Notes: generated from the letters alone by a model not told the origin. A stretch of DNA of 64,000 nucleotides from an uncultured Acidimicrobiia bacterium (GCA_963847815.1 CAWKBF010000001.1:101184-165183), one strand, 5' to 3'. Numbered from the stretch's first letter, positions 51,869 to 63,044 are shown. Numbers and translations: made by a program.

Positions 51869-52477
51869 ATGACTGTGACGGAGCCGCGCGTACGACGCGC
51901 CAAGGGTGAAGAACGCATCGCGGAGGTGCTGCTGGCCGCCGAGGATCTGCTGACGCGACGCGGCGCAGAAGGGGTGAGCCTGCGCGACGTTGCGGATGCA
52001 GTTGGCATCAGCGTCGGCAACCTGCAGTACTACTTCCCGACGCGCGCGGCGCTGCTCGATGCGGTGTTCGAGCGCCACACGAAGATGTTCAGCGAAGACC
52101 TCGAAGCGCTCATCGAACCAGTTGACGAACCTCGTGATCGGTTGGAGCTGCTGATCGACTATTGGCTCGGTGTGCAGCACACCGAGTCGCAGAGCTTCTT
52201 CTGGTATTTGTGGGCGATCAGCGCCCATGACGATCGGGCGCGGGAGATCATGGAGCGGGTGTACACCGCACCGACGATGATGGCTGGGTGGCTCCGAGAG
52301 ATCCATCCCAAGCTCTCGAAGGGTGACGCGATGCGCCGCGCCGCGACGATCTCCAGCCTCATCGAAGGTTCCGGCCTCTTCGTCGGCTTCGGCCGCCAGC
52401 CCCGACGGGACTTGAAGAGCCTTCAGACCGAGATCCGCTTCACGGCCATGTCGGTCGTCGATCGCCTCGCCCATTGA
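51869..52477 (+). CDS. TetR/AcrR family transcriptional regulator
   Basis: HTH VSLRDVADAVGISVGNLQYYFPTRAALL. GGAGG at 51864-51868; the start is ATG 51869 or GTG 51875. Confidence 0.85.
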   Translation: MTVTEPRVRRAKGEERIAEVLLAAEDLLTRRGAEGVSLRDVADAVGISVGNLQYYFPTRAALLDAVFERHTKMFSEDLEALIEPVDEPRDRLELLIDYWLGVQHTESQSFFWYLWAISAHDDRAREIMERVYTAPTMMAGWLREIHPKLSKGDAMRRAATISSLIEGSGLFVGFGRQPRRDLKSLQTEIRFTAMSVVDRLAH

Positions 52478-52635
52478 CCGAAAAAGGGTGCTGACGAGCC
52501 CCACCGTTTGTCCGATTCCCGGTCACAGTGATTCACCATCGGACGAACCGGGGAGTGCGCAATGCAACGTCCACGATGGCCAAGCGGGATGCGTCGGTTG
52601 CGTTTCGGGAGTGCTTCGTACTGGAAGTGTGTTGG

Positions 52636-53499
52636 TCACGTTCGTGAGCTCGAGGAGCTCGGCGGTTGCCGGGGTCGGTCCTCCCAGGTGGGGTAGCCGA
52701 GCTCGCGGGTGAACGCAGGCCAGACGTCGGGGTCGTGGCCGGGAAGCATGCGGTAGCCGCGCTCGGCGGCGATCGCCTTCATCCGGCGGATCGGCTCGAT
52801 GCTCGCCTCGTTGGGAACGCCGATCGTCTCGCCGACCGCGAGCTCGTCGTCGATGTTCTCCTGGAGGTCCGCCGCGTCGGCTGCGAACACGTACCCGCCA
52901 CCACCGACCGAGTCGTCGAGCTCCACCATGAAGCTCTGATGGCCAGGTGTGTGGGCGGCGGTGAGGAGCGCGGTGACGCCGGGTGCAATCTCGGCATCGC
53001 CGCACGCGACCTGCCAGTCGATCGCAGGGTCGTCGATGTCGACGCGGTAGATCGCTGCCCGCTCCGGTTCCGGGTGCGATGCCGACAGCGCATAGTCGAG
53101 CTCCGCCTGCTGCGCGTGCACGGGCGTGGTGCCAGCGAACCACCGCACCCCGCCCGAGTGGTCGAGATGGAAGTGGCTGACCGCGACGGCGCTCACGATC
53201 GACGGGTCCAGCCCGACGAGGTCGAACGCGGCCTCGAGCGGGTCCCGCTCCGGATCGGGGAGCTCGGCCTCGTAGTCGGGGAGCGCGTCGTGGAAGCGAC
53301 GTTTCATCGGTGGGTCGCGGAAGAACGCGGGGTTGAACCCGGTGTCGAGGAGGACCCAGCCACCGTCGACCTCGCACAGGATGCCGGGAACCGGGCAACG
53401 GATGCGCAACGCGGGGTCCGCGCCGTATACCGACACGGCCTTCGGGAGGTTCTCCCAGCCGAAGGTCAACGGGACCACGCGTCGCACTCCATTTCGCAT
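52636..53499 (-). CDS. MBL-fold hydrolase, N-acyl homoserine lactonase-like family
   Basis: Start at the internal ATG (MRNGVRRVVPLTFGWE...). Zinc motif SHFHLDHSGG, with a later TPGH. Confidence 0.75.
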   Translation of the reverse strand: MRNGVRRVVPLTFGWENLPKAVSVYGADPALRIRCPVPGILCEVDGGWVLLDTGFNPAFFRDPPMKRRFHDALPDYEAELPDPERDPLEAAFDLVGLDPSIVSAVAVSHFHLDHSGGVRWFAGTTPVHAQQAELDYALSASHPEPERAAIYRVDIDDPAIDWQVACGDAEIAPGVTALLTAAHTPGHQSFMVELDDSVGGGGYVFAADAADLQENIDDELAVGETIGVPNEASIEPIRRMKAIAAERGYRMLPGHDPDVWPAFTRELGYPTWEDRPRQPPSSSSSRT

Positions 53500-53600
53500 G
53501 CAGCCGAACCTATGGCGGCTCCGTGTCGCGCCGGTGCCTCGAGTGTGAAGAGCCGATTTCACCGTCCCGTCACAGCGGGGTAACTCGCCTGGTTCGTACG

Positions 53601-54422
53601 ATGTCCACGATGAGCGGCATGGACCTTCCCGTTGCATCACCGTGGTTCGCGCGCCGGCGAGTCGATGACTCGATCACCCTCTTGTGGGAGCCGCACGTGC
53701 ACCGGATCCAGCAGTGCAACATCTGGCATCTCCGGGGCAGACGCAAGGACCTGATCATCGACACCGGGCTCGGGATCGCGTCGCTCGCGACCGCAGCCAA
53801 GGATCTGCTCGACCACTCGTTGCTCGCCGTGGCGACGCACTACCACTACGACCACACGGGCAGCTTGCACGAGTTCGAGAACCGGGCGATCCACCGGTCC
53901 GAGGCCGGTGAGGTCAGCACCACCGAGGGGATCGGCGGGACGCTGGTGGTCGCCGACATCCCGGAGGACATCGTCGCCGGGATGAGTGAATCCGGCTACG
54001 ACATGGACTGCGAGTACCTCGTCGACGCGATCCCGCACGCGGGATACGACATCACGAAGTTCTCGGTTCCCGGCGCCCCCCCGACGGTCGTCCTCGACGA
54101 AGGCGATGTCATCGACCTCGGTGACCGCGCGTTCGAGGTGCTGCACCTCCCTGGGCACTCACCCGGAAGCATCGGGCTCTGGGACGTGGACTCCGGCGTC
54201 CTGTTCTCCGGTGACGCGGTGTACGACGGGCCACTGCTCGACGATCTCCCGGACTCCGACATCGACGCGTACGTCGCCACCATGGAGATGCTCCACGACC
54301 TCCCGGTCGAGGTGGTGCACGCAGGTCACGATCCCAGCTTCGGAAGGGACCGGTTGCGGGAGCTGACTCAGGCTTACCTCGACCAGCGACGTCCTGTGGT
54401 GATCGAGGCTGCTGCCGGCTGA
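53601..54422 (+). CDS. MBL-fold metallo-hydrolase
   Basis: Variant motif THYHYDHTG plus LPGHSPGS. The start is uncertain (ATG 53601, 53610 or 53619). Confidence 0.75.
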   Translation: MSTMSGMDLPVASPWFARRRVDDSITLLWEPHVHRIQQCNIWHLRGRRKDLIIDTGLGIASLATAAKDLLDHSLLAVATHYHYDHTGSLHEFENRAIHRSEAGEVSTTEGIGGTLVVADIPEDIVAGMSESGYDMDCEYLVDAIPHAGYDITKFSVPGAPPTVVLDEGDVIDLGDRAFEVLHLPGHSPGSIGLWDVDSGVLFSGDAVYDGPLLDDLPDSDIDAYVATMEMLHDLPVEVVHAGHDPSFGRDRLRELTQAYLDQRRPVVIEAAAG

Positions 54423-54468
54423 GGTCGCCTCGACTGAGGTCAGATCGGAGGGAGGAGACGAGCCATGA

Positions 54469-55065
54469 TCACGGCTCGCGCCATCCGGTCGGGAGCTCGG
54501 TGCCGGGTTCGAGCGGAGCGGGGAGCAGCGCGAGCGCGGCCTCGTCACCGAACTCGATCCCGGGTTGCCACGCGGTGCCGTCCCAGTGTGAATATCGGGC
54601 CGCGATCGCGCCACCGGTCGCACGGGTGTCAACGACGACCGACGCGTGCTCGCCGACGCGCACCGCGATCCCGCCGACGGTCACGGCTGCCAGCACGGGG
54701 CCGTCGCCACCGGGAAGCTTCTCCCATCGTTCCGAGTACCTGATCGTACGACCGTCTTCGACGTACTCACCCTGCTCGATCATCGCATCGCCGTCGTAGG
54801 AGATCAGGCCGACGTCCCCGCCCTCGTCCTCGCCGTCGCTCTCGACGTACGAGTCGATCGCGTGTGCCCACGTCAGGTGCGGCTCCACCCACGACGTGGT
54901 GCCGGCGAAGGTCATGTCGCTCGCGAACCCACCGGGCCCGCGCACGTCGACATAGACGGAGCCGGCCTCCACCCACACCGTCGGGCCCGCCGTGACGTCG
55001 ACCTCACCGTCGACGATCGCCTCACTGCGGTTCCACGCGGCGATGAACTTCTCCGGCAGGCTCAT
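54469..55065 (-). CDS. hypothetical protein, translationally coupled to the Rieske gene
   Basis: ATG 55065 overlaps the restored Rieske stop (ATGA at 55062-55065). 198 aa, acidic, beta-rich looking (MSLPEKFIAAWNRSEAIVDGEVDV...). I recognise no family. Confidence 0.6.
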   Translation of the reverse strand: MSLPEKFIAAWNRSEAIVDGEVDVTAGPTVWVEAGSVYVDVRGPGGFASDMTFAGTTSWVEPHLTWAHAIDSYVESDGEDEGGDVGLISYDGDAMIEQGEYVEDGRTIRYSERWEKLPGGDGPVLAAVTVGGIAVRVGEHASVVVDTRATGGAIAARYSHWDGTAWQPGIEFGDEAALALLPAPLEPGTELPTGWREP

Positions 55066-56138
55066 CGGAGCATCCCGAGCACGTGCTCGTGGAACGCCGT
55101 GATCGGAGCTTCGTGCGCCTGGGCCAGCGGCCCGACTTCGAACGTCGGCGACGCCAGCCCCTGCTGGATCCGTTCGCAGGCGTCGATGTCCTCGTCGATG
55201 AAGCTGCGCGCCGCGCTCGAGCAGTGCTTCGGCGTCCGCCCCGGGTTCGGCTCGCATCCTCACCTCGATGATGCTCTCGGTCGGACCGATCGGGACCACC
55301 GCATAGGACATGAAGAACTCCGCGTTCGCGGCCATGAGGATGTTGGGAAAGATCAGGTGGGCGCCGACGCCGTGGATGTCGCGCTCGTCGAGGTGCTCGA
55401 TTGGCTTGGTGCCCTGCGCCAGGCGGGAGTGGGTGAGATCGGGTGAGCGCATCGGTTCGAAGCTGGCCCAGTTCCTGCCGAGCTGATGGTGCTCGAACTT
55501 GTGGTGATCGAGCTCCCCGAGGCTCTTCTGGTGCAGGTACCAGAGGTGGTACACGTCGATGTGGTTCTCGATCAGCAGCTTCCAGTTGCAATGCGCGACG
55601 AGATCGGCGGACGCGACGAGCGGAAGCAGACCGGGTCGGTGGCTGCCGATGTACCTCGGCAGCGCGTCGAGCGCGTCCGTCGAGTGATGCGGTCGGATCG
55701 GGATGCGCGAACACCATCCCTTCCCACACGCCGACGGCCGACGGCAGCAGGCCCCAGTTCTCGAGCCGGAGGTCGGGGAACTGGTCCTTGCGCTGCGGGA
55801 CGACGCGCAGCGCACCATCGAGCGCGTACCGCCAGTCGTGGTAGAAGCAGCGGATCCCGTCCGGGGAATGGCCGCACCCGTCGACCATCACCATCCCGCG
55901 GTGCCGGCACAGGTTCTGGAACGCCCGGAGCTGTCCGTCCTCGCCCCGCACGACGACGATTGGGACGCCGCCGACCGTGCCCGTGATGTAGTCGCCGACC
56001 TCGGTGAGCGAGTCGGTCGTGCCGATCAACGCCCACGAGCGCGGCGAAGAGGCTGCGCTGCTCTCGCTCGTACCAGCCCTGCTCGTCGTACGCGAGTCGA
56101 GGTAGCAGGAAGCGGCTCTCGTCGATCGTCGTCACCAT
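55062..56138 (-). pseudogene. Rieske [2Fe-2S] oxygenase alpha subunit, 3 frameshifts
   Basis: MVTTIDESRFLLPRLAYDEQGWYEREQRSLF, then +1 near 56041 into SWALIGTTDS...CRHRGM...CFYHDW...VFAHPDP, +1 near 55678 into DALDALPRYIG...CNWKLLIENHIDVYHLWYLH, and +1 near 55203 into FIDEDIDACERIQQGL...HEHVLGMLR stop. Paralogue of the gene at 36503..37603. Confidence 0.75.
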
Positions 56139-56265
56139 GAGGTCAAGAACACCCCAGGGAGATTTCAGCGTCGGGCCTCGACTGTTGCCGCACCATCACT
56201 GCAAGGTGACGGGTCTCTGGATCTCAAGGGTGTGCACCGTGTCGCAGCGACGGACGGCAGAATCT

Positions 56266-57976
56266 TCACGTCGGCAGCGAAGCGAGGTAGGAGCGCCAGC
56301 TGCCGAAGGAGGTGACATCGGGCGCGATGGTGGCGGCCCAGTCTTCACAGAGGAAGCCGGGGTGGGTCGTGCCGTCGTCGAGCTCGACCGTGCCGATGGT
56401 GAGCGGCGACGGCACTCCGGTCACGAACGCGCCGAAGCCGTCGATCGGCAGCTCCCAGAGCTCGGCCGCGATCGCGCTGCCACCGTCGGCAACCCGGACC
56501 AGGCCCGGTTTCGGAGGCGTGGTCGGCAGTGCATGGAGCCGGTACGCGGAAGCGGTGTGCACGTCGGCGACGAAGCAGCCACCGCGGTCGGTCAGCTGAT
56601 GGTTGAGCGGCTGGCCCCGGAGGTGCGCGCCGACGACCACGATCGTCGTGGTGCCGCTCCATGGCGGGCGCGGTGGATCGGGCTCGCCGAGGAATCGCGC
56701 GGCGGCCGCCGCGACGACCGGATCTGCAAACGCGGGTGCGAGGAACGTGATCCCGAACGGCACTCCGTCGCCGCGCCTGCCGGCGGGCACCGAGGACGCG
56801 CAGAGATCGAGGATGTTGCAGCCGTTCATGAAGCGGCCGAGCTTCGCGTTCTCGCCGATCGGATCCGCGGCGACTGCGGTGAGCGTCGGCGCGCTGCCGA
56901 TCGTCGGGATGGCGATCACGTCGACCATGTCCCACACGGGAGCGAACGCCGCGGCGTGAGCCCGAACCCGGTCGAGGTCACCGGCGAGCTGATGCGCGGG
57001 GAGGGTGCCCGCGGCAGCAATGAGAGAGGCGACCGTCGGATCCGCGCCATCCGGGTGCGTGGCCAGGAACTCGCCGACCGCGTCGTACCGCTCGGCGATC
57101 AGCGCGCTGCCGTAGAGCAGGTCGCCGACGTCCAGGTACGGACCGAGGTCGATCTCGACCGATGGGCCGAGCCTCGCGATCTCGATCACCGCCGCAGCCC
57201 ACGCCGCCGCGGCTTCGACGTCGAGGGTCGCGAGCTGGTCGGGATGGGGAAGGCCGACGCGCAGTGACGCGGGCGGGACGACCGCGGTCCCGCTCGGGGG
57301 AGTGCGGCTCCAGGGATCGGTCGGGTCCGGTCCCGCGGCGACGGCGAGCACGGTTGCGGCGTCGGCGACCGTCCGGGCGAAGACCGACACGCAGTCAAGG
57401 GAGCGACACGCCGGGACGACGCCGGCGTTGCTCACCAACCCGCGGCGTGGGCTTCAGGCCGACGATGCCGTTGAGCGCCGCGGGCACGCGACCGGAACCA
57501 GCGGTGTCCGTCCCGAGCGCGACATCCACTTCACCGAGCGCGACCGCAATCGCCGACCCCGAAGAGGACCCACCCGAGATCCGGTCGGGGACGATGGCGT
57601 TGCGACACGCGCCGTACGGCGACCGGGTCCCCACCAGACCGGTTGCGAACTGATCGAGGTTGGTCTTGCCGATCACCACCGCTCCGGCGTCGGTCAGGCG
57701 CGCGACGGCCGTCGCGGACTGGTCCGGCCGTCGATCCAAGGCGGGATGTGCCGCCGTGGTGGGGAGTCCGGCGACGTCGATGTTGTCCTTGATCGCGATC
57801 GTGATGCCCGCCAAGAGAAGGTCCTCGCCGGCGTCGAGTCGTTCCGCCACGTCGGTCGCGTCGGTCGCGACGTCCTCGGCCGGGCGAATGGTGATCCACG
57901 CTTCGGGGCGAACACTGCTTGCGACCGCGTCGACCGCCTGCGCCGCGGCGGCAACCGGATCGGGCTCGACCCTCAC
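56266..57976 (-). pseudogene. allophanate hydrolase (amidase signature family), one frameshift
   Basis: GTG 57976 overlaps the carboxylase stop (GTGA). Amidase signature GGSSSGSA. Junction ACG C CGC near 57445 joins ...GIVGLKPT to [22 protein letters not shown] (ORF 56266..57438). Confidence 0.8.
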
Positions 57977-60900
57977 GTGAGCGCCACGAGGGCCTGGCCC
58001 GGCCGAACCTCCTGGCCGGAACGGACGAGCACCGCCCGCACCTCACCGCTCGCCGGCGCGACCACCTGGGTCTCCATCTTCATCGCCTCGAGCACCACGA
58101 GCACGTCGCCCTCGGTGACCTGTTGGCCTTCCTCGACGACGACCTGCCACACCGAAGCGTGCAACGCGGACTCAACCAGCTTCGCTCCGTTGAGCTCCGT
58201 GTGGTCCATCTCCGGCTCGATCTCCGCGGCGACCCGATCGAACTCGCCGGACGCGGCCCACCGGTCCCGCTCGGCACCGAACGCGGCCTGCTGCTGATCG
58301 CGAAACGCGGTGATCGAAGGCTCGTTCTCGGCCAGGAACGCGAGATGGTCCGCGAGGCGCAACCGCGTTGGTGTGATGTCGAGCTCGGCGCGCCCGAGCG
58401 GGAGCTCGCGGCGCCAGTCGAGGAGCTCGTCCGCACTCACCTCGAAGAACCGGATCTGATCGAACGTGCGAAGCAACCACGGCTTCTCGAAGTCGCGCGT
58501 CGTGCGGTAGCGGTTCCACATCTGCACGGTGCGGCCCACGAACTGATAGCCACCCGGTCCCTCCATGCCGTACACGCAGAGGTACGCGCCACCGATGCCG
58601 ACCGCGTTCTCCGGCGTCCAGGTGCGCGCCGGGTTGTACTTCGTCGTCACCAGCCGGTGCCGGGGATCGAGTGGCGTCGCGACCGGAGCACCGAGGTAGA
58701 CGTCACCGAGCCCGAGGACGAGGTACGAAGCATCGAAGAGGATGCGGTGCACTGCGTCGACATCTCTGAGCCCGTTCACGCGTCGGATGAACTCGATGTT
58801 CCACGGGCACCACGGCGCGTCGTCGCGCACGGTGGACATGTAGCGGGCGATCGCTTCGCGGGTCGAGGGGTCGTCCCACGAGAGGGGAAGGTGCACGATG
58901 CGGCTCTCGACCTCGGCCTCGGCGGTGCCTGGGAGCTGAGACTCCGCGGCCTGCAACGCGTCGACGGCCGCCGCCACCGAGATCTGCGCCGGGTCGATGT
59001 GCACCTGCAGTGAGCGGATTCCCGGTGTCGCCTCGATCGCGCCGACGAGCCCGTGCTCTTCGATCCATTCCGCGAGCACGTGCACGCGGAACCGCAGCGC
59101 GAGGTCGAGGGTCATCGGCCCGTACTCGACCAACAGGTACTCGTCGCCGCTCCGGCGCCAACACACCTCGGGCCGGTCGCCATCGGCATCCCAGCGATCG
59201 AGCACGCCGCCGCTCGGGTCGCGCGACGGTACGAGCGTCGCCGAGTGCATGGCCGCGGTGCGCGTCGAGCCCCGCAGCTCGTCGGCGGCTTCGGTGGTGA
59301 TCGGGACGATCTTGACGGTGTCGCCGGGCCGGAGCTGACCCAGCTTCCAGCGTTCGGCCATCACGACCGTGGCCGGGCACACGAACCCGCCGAGGCTGGG
59401 GCCGTCGGGACCAAGGAGGATCGGCATGTCGCCGGTGAGGTCCACCGTGCCGACCGCGTACGCGGTGTCGTGGATGTTCGACGGGTGCAGGCCCGCGTCG
59501 CCGCCGTCGGTTCGTGCCCACCCGGGCGCGGGACCGATCAGCCGCACGCCGGTGCGCGCCGAGTTGTGGTGCACCTGGTATTCGGCGTCGAACAGGGCGG
59601 TCAGACCGTCAGGTGTGAGGAACTCCGGCGCGCCATGGGGGCCTTCCAGGACGCCGAGCTGCCACGCGGTGTCGATCGACGGCTGCTCGGCTTCGGGCAG
59701 TGCGCCGACGACGCTCGTCTCGTCCGGCTCGGTGCCGACGGTGAGCACGTCACCCGGCGCGAGCGCGCGACCGCCGTGGCCACCGAACTGACCGAGTGTG
59801 AACGTGGACCGGCTGCCCAGCACCTCGGGGACATCGATGCCACCCCGCACGAGGAGGTACGCGCGCAGTCCGGGTGGGCCGATCGCACCGATCTTCAGCG
59901 TGGCGCCTTCGGGAACGGTCACCGCCTCCCACATCGGGAACGGCTCGCCGTCGAGATCTGCGACGGCCGGCGCACCCGCGAGGCATGCAACGACGGGCGC
60001 GCGGAACCTCAAGGTGGGACCGGTGGCGGTGAGCTCGAGTCCCGCAGCGTTCTCGGGGTTGCCGAGCATCTGGTTGCCGAGCCGGAACGAGAGGTCGTCC
60101 ATCGGACCGCACGGCGGCACCCCGACCGGCCAGAGCCCGATGCGCCCGGGGTAGTCCTGCACGGTGGTGAGCATCCCGCCCGAGAGCACCTCGAACGTGC
60201 GGCCGGTCGGGCGGATGGATGCGAGCGCACCGGTCCACACGTCGCCGGCCCGGAACCCGGGGTCGAGTGCGATGCCGCGCAGCAGGTCGAGGTTCGTGGT
60301 GATGCCGTCCACGCGCATCGCGTCGAGCGCGGCGCTGAGCCGCGCGGCCGCCTCCGCACGATCGGCGCCGTGCACGATGACCTTGGCGAGCATCGGGTCG
60401 TAGTGCGGAGTGACGTCCGTGCCGGTCTCGATCCAGGTGTCGACCCGCACGCCGTCGGGCAGCGAGACGTTGGTGATCAGCCCGGCGTTCGGCCGGTGAT
60501 CGGCGCCCGCGTCCTCGGCGTAGACGCGCGCTTCCATCGCGTGACCCTCTGGTGTCAACGTCGGCGCGACACCGTCGAGCACGTGGGCGTCACCCGCGGC
60601 GAGCCGCACCATCCACTCGACCAGATCGACGCCTGTGACCTCCTCGGTCACCGGATGCTCGACCTGCAGTCTCGCGTTGACCTCGAGGAATGCGAGCACG
60701 TTCGCGTCGACGTCGACCAGCATCTCGACAGTGCCGGCCGACCGGTACGACACCGACTCTCCCAGTGCCCGGGCCGCGGCGTGGAGCTGGGTGCGGAGCT
60801 CGCTGGACAGTCCGGGCGCGGGTGCCTCCTCGACCACCTTCTGGTTCCGCCGCTGCAACGAGCAGTCCCGGTCGCCGAGCAGCACGACACCGCCCCGACC

Positions 60901-61545
60901 ATCGCCGAAGATCTGCACCTCGACGTGACGGGCGCGGGTCAGATAGCGCTCGATGAACAGCCCGCCGTTGCCGAACGCGGCCATCGCCTGGCGCTGTGCA
61001 CTGTCGAACGCGTCGCGCAGCGCGGCCTCGTCGGCGCACACGCGCATCCCGATCCCGCCCCCGCCGCCCGTCGCCTTGAGGATCACCGGATACCCGACGG
61101 CGGCCGCGGCTGCGAAGGCCGCATCCGCGGAGTCGAGCAGCCCCGAGCCCGGTAGCAATGGAACGCCGGCGGCCTCGGCCAGCTCCCGGGCGGTGTGCTT
61201 GATGCCGAACGCGTCGAGCTGCGCCGGAGTCGGGCCGATGAACGCGAGCCCCGCGGCCTCGACGCTCATGGCGAAGTCCGCCCGCTCCGACAGGAAGCCG
61301 TAGCCGGGATGGATCGCCTGCGCACCCGTCGCCGCGGCCGCGGCCAGGATCAGGTCGGCGCGCAGGTAGCTCTCGGTCGCGGGTGCCGGCCCCAGCCGTA
61401 CCGCCTCGTCGGCCGCGCGCACGTGGAGTGCGTCGGCATCCGGATCGGAGTACACCGCGATCGCGCGCACGTCGAGGTCGTGCAGCGTGCGGATGATCCG
61501 GCACGCGATCTCACCGCGGTTGGCGACGAGGACGGCGTCGAACAC
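57973..61545 (-). CDS. uca: urea carboxylase family enzyme (possibly guanidine carboxylase)
   Basis: Intact at 1190 aa. N-terminal biotin carboxylase ([17 protein letters not shown]...), a central KipA/KipI-like carboxyltransferase region, and a C-terminal biotinyl-lysine motif [11 protein letters not shown]. Confidence 0.9.
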   Translation of the reverse strand: MFDAVLVANRGEIACRIIRTLHDLDVRAIAVYSDPDADALHVRAADEAVRLGPAPATESYLRADLILAAAAATGAQAIHPGYGFLSERADFAMSVEAAGLAFIGPTPAQLDAFGIKHTARELAEAAGVPLLPGSGLLDSADAAFAAAAAVGYPVILKATGGGGGIGMRVCADEAALRDAFDSAQRQAMAAFGNGGLFIERYLTRARHVEVQIFGDGRGGVVLLGDRDCSLQRRNQKVVEEAPAPGLSSELRTQLHAAARALGESVSYRSAGTVEMLVDVDANVLAFLEVNARLQVEHPVTEEVTGVDLVEWMVRLAAGDAHVLDGVAPTLTPEGHAMEARVYAEDAGADHRPNAGLITNVSLPDGVRVDTWIETGTDVTPHYDPMLAKVIVHGADRAEAAARLSAALDAMRVDGITTNLDLLRGIALDPGFRAGDVWTGALASIRPTGRTFEVLSGGMLTTVQDYPGRIGLWPVGVPPCGPMDDLSFRLGNQMLGNPENAAGLELTATGPTLRFRAPVVACLAGAPAVADLDGEPFPMWEAVTVPEGATLKIGAIGPPGLRAYLLVRGGIDVPEVLGSRSTFTLGQFGGHGGRALAPGDVLTVGTEPDETSVVGALPEAEQPSIDTAWQLGVLEGPHGAPEFLTPDGLTALFDAEYQVHHNSARTGVRLIGPAPGWARTDGGDAGLHPSNIHDTAYAVGTVDLTGDMPILLGPDGPSLGGFVCPATVVMAERWKLGQLRPGDTVKIVPITTEAADELRGSTRTAAMHSATLVPSRDPSGGVLDRWDADGDRPEVCWRRSGDEYLLVEYGPMTLDLALRFRVHVLAEWIEEHGLVGAIEATPGIRSLQVHIDPAQISVAAAVDALQAAESQLPGTAEAEVESRIVHLPLSWDDPSTREAIARYMSTVRDDAPWCPWNIEFIRRVNGLRDVDAVHRILFDASYLVLGLGDVYLGAPVATPLDPRHRLVTTKYNPARTWTPENAVGIGGAYLCVYGMEGPGGYQFVGRTVQMWNRYRTTRDFEKPWLLRTFDQIRFFEVSADELLDWRRELPLGRAELDITPTRLRLADHLAFLAENEPSITAFRDQQQAAFGAERDRWAASGEFDRVAAEIEPEMDHTELNGAKLVESALHASVWQVVVEEGQQVTEGDVLVVLEAMKMETQVVAPASGEVRAVLVRSGQEVRPGQALVALT

Positions 61546-61578
61546 GTCAGGCGGACTCGGTGCGCGGGGAGAACGCCA

Positions 61579-62190
61579 TCACGATCCGCTGACGACGATG
61601 CGGACCGGCGTGGGGTCGAAGCCGTTGCAGGGGTTGTTGATCTGCGGGCAGTTGCTGACGAGCACGAGCGTGTCCATCTCCGCGATGCACCGGACCACGA
61701 GTCCCGGCGCAGAGATCCCGTCGACGATGCCGAGCGTCCCGTCCGGTTCGACCGGCACGTTCATGTACCAGTTGATGTTGCTCACGATGTCGCGCTTCGA
61801 GAGCCCCCAGTGCGAGCCCTCGAGCAGGAAGTTCTCGACGCACGCGTGCTGGTGCTTCGTGTGGAAGCCGTACCGCAGGGTGTTCGACTCTTGGCTGCAC
61901 GCGCCGCCGATCGTGTCGTGACGCCCACAGGTGTCCTCGACCACCCGCAGCATCGGCCGGCCCTCGTTCGACATCAGCACCGAGCCGGTCGTGAGGAAGA
62001 TGTTGCGCTGCGCGGCGATGGTCGTGTGAGCGCAGTAGCGCTCTGCGGTGTCGTGCGGGTTGTAGAGCAGGCAGTCGACGGCCTGGTTGCCGCCGAGGTC
62101 GATGATCGCGATCTCGCCACCCGCGGGGACGACGCCGGACCACGGTGCGCGTGCGCCGACCTCGACGTCGGAGATGGTGATGGAGCTCAT
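61579..62190 (-). CDS. DUF1989 urea-carboxylase-associated protein (CgdB-like)
   Basis: ATG 62190 overlaps the upstream stop (ATGA). MSSITISDVEVGARAPWSGVV...CLLYNPHD...NCPQINNPCNGF. The longer listed ORF 61579..62709 is out of frame at its 5' end. Confidence 0.8.
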   Translation of the reverse strand: MSSITISDVEVGARAPWSGVVPAGGEIAIIDLGGNQAVDCLLYNPHDTAERYCAHTTIAAQRNIFLTTGSVLMSNEGRPMLRVVEDTCGRHDTIGGACSQESNTLRYGFHTKHQHACVENFLLEGSHWGLSKRDIVSNINWYMNVPVEPDGTLGIVDGISAPGLVVRCIAEMDTLVLVSNCPQINNPCNGFDPTPVRIVVSGS

Positions 62191-63044
62191 GAGCGACCCC
62201 CCAGCCAGTCCTGGTTGTTCAGGGAGGCCCGTGCAGTCTCCGGCGTCGTCGGCTCGGCGAGATCGGCGTCTGCTGCCGGCAACCATGCGGTGATGCGCAA
62301 CGCCGTGCACGGGTAGTCGGGGCGATCGTCGAGTGAGTGCGGCACGTTCGCGAGGGCCACGTGGACATCGAGCTCCGCGCGCAGGGTCACGTGCGCCCCT
62401 GCGGCTGCTGGCGCGGCTTCGAGCACCAATGCACCGTCCTCGGCGACCCGCGCGCCCTTGAAGAAGGCGATGCTCGGCCCGACGTCGCGTCGTTCGAGCC
62501 CGGCTTTCAGCGCCGCCACGATGAGTCGGTCCCGCGCGTTCGGGCAGGGACCCTGGACCTCGCCGTCGCCGTACTTCTCCACGTGGGTCGCGCGGTTCGG
62601 TGCGCCGCAGAGCGCATCGTGATGGCCCGAGGTGTCCGCCGTGATCGTCATCAGCGCACGGCCCATGTCCGAGAGCAGCCGGCTTCCGGTGGTGGGGTAC
62701 GCCTGCCACTGGACCTTCACGGTGTCGGCGAGGTTCAGGCGCTCGGCCGGCTGGAGCGCGTTGTGCACGATGACGTGCGCGCAGGCGTCGCCTTCGAGGT
62801 CCGTGAGCCGGAGCAGTGCGCCACGCGGGAGGAGGTGCGCGGCGTACTCGCCGGGTTCGATCGTCTCCTCCCAGATCGCCGTACCGGCTGCGTCGGCGGG
62901 GAGGTCGAGCGCTTCGGTCGCCGGGATGGTGGGCATGCCCCGGACCCGAGTGCCGGCTTGCGAGCGGGCATGGTCGCGCGCGCCGAAGGTGGTCGCGGTG
63001 TCGTTCGTCGTCTCCACCCGGCGATTATCGAGCCGTCGACCCAC
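62187..63044 (-). CDS. DUF1989 urea-carboxylase-associated protein (CgdA-like)
   Basis: 285-aa ORF (GTG 63044; GTG 63017 also possible). LLRLTDLEGDACAHVIVHN...DALCGAPN... First gene of the carboxylase operon. Confidence 0.8.
   Translation of the reverse strand: MGRRLDNRRVETTNDTATTFGARDHARSQAGTRVRGMPTIPATEALDLPADAAGTAIWEETIEPGEYAAHLLPRGALLRLTDLEGDACAHVIVHNALQPAERLNLADTVKVQWQAYPTTGSRLLSDMGRALMTITADTSGHHDALCGAPNRATHVEKYGDGEVQGPCPNARDRLIVAALKAGLERRDVGPSIAFFKGARVAEDGALVLEAAPAAAGAHVTLRAELDVHVALANVPHSLDDRPDYPCTALRITAWLPAADADLAEPTTPETARASLNNQDWLGGRS

Noticed and set aside
59053-61155. 700-aa plus-strand ORF
   Set aside because: It is antisense to the intact 1190-aa urea carboxylase gene, with Arg/Gly/His-rich junk composition.
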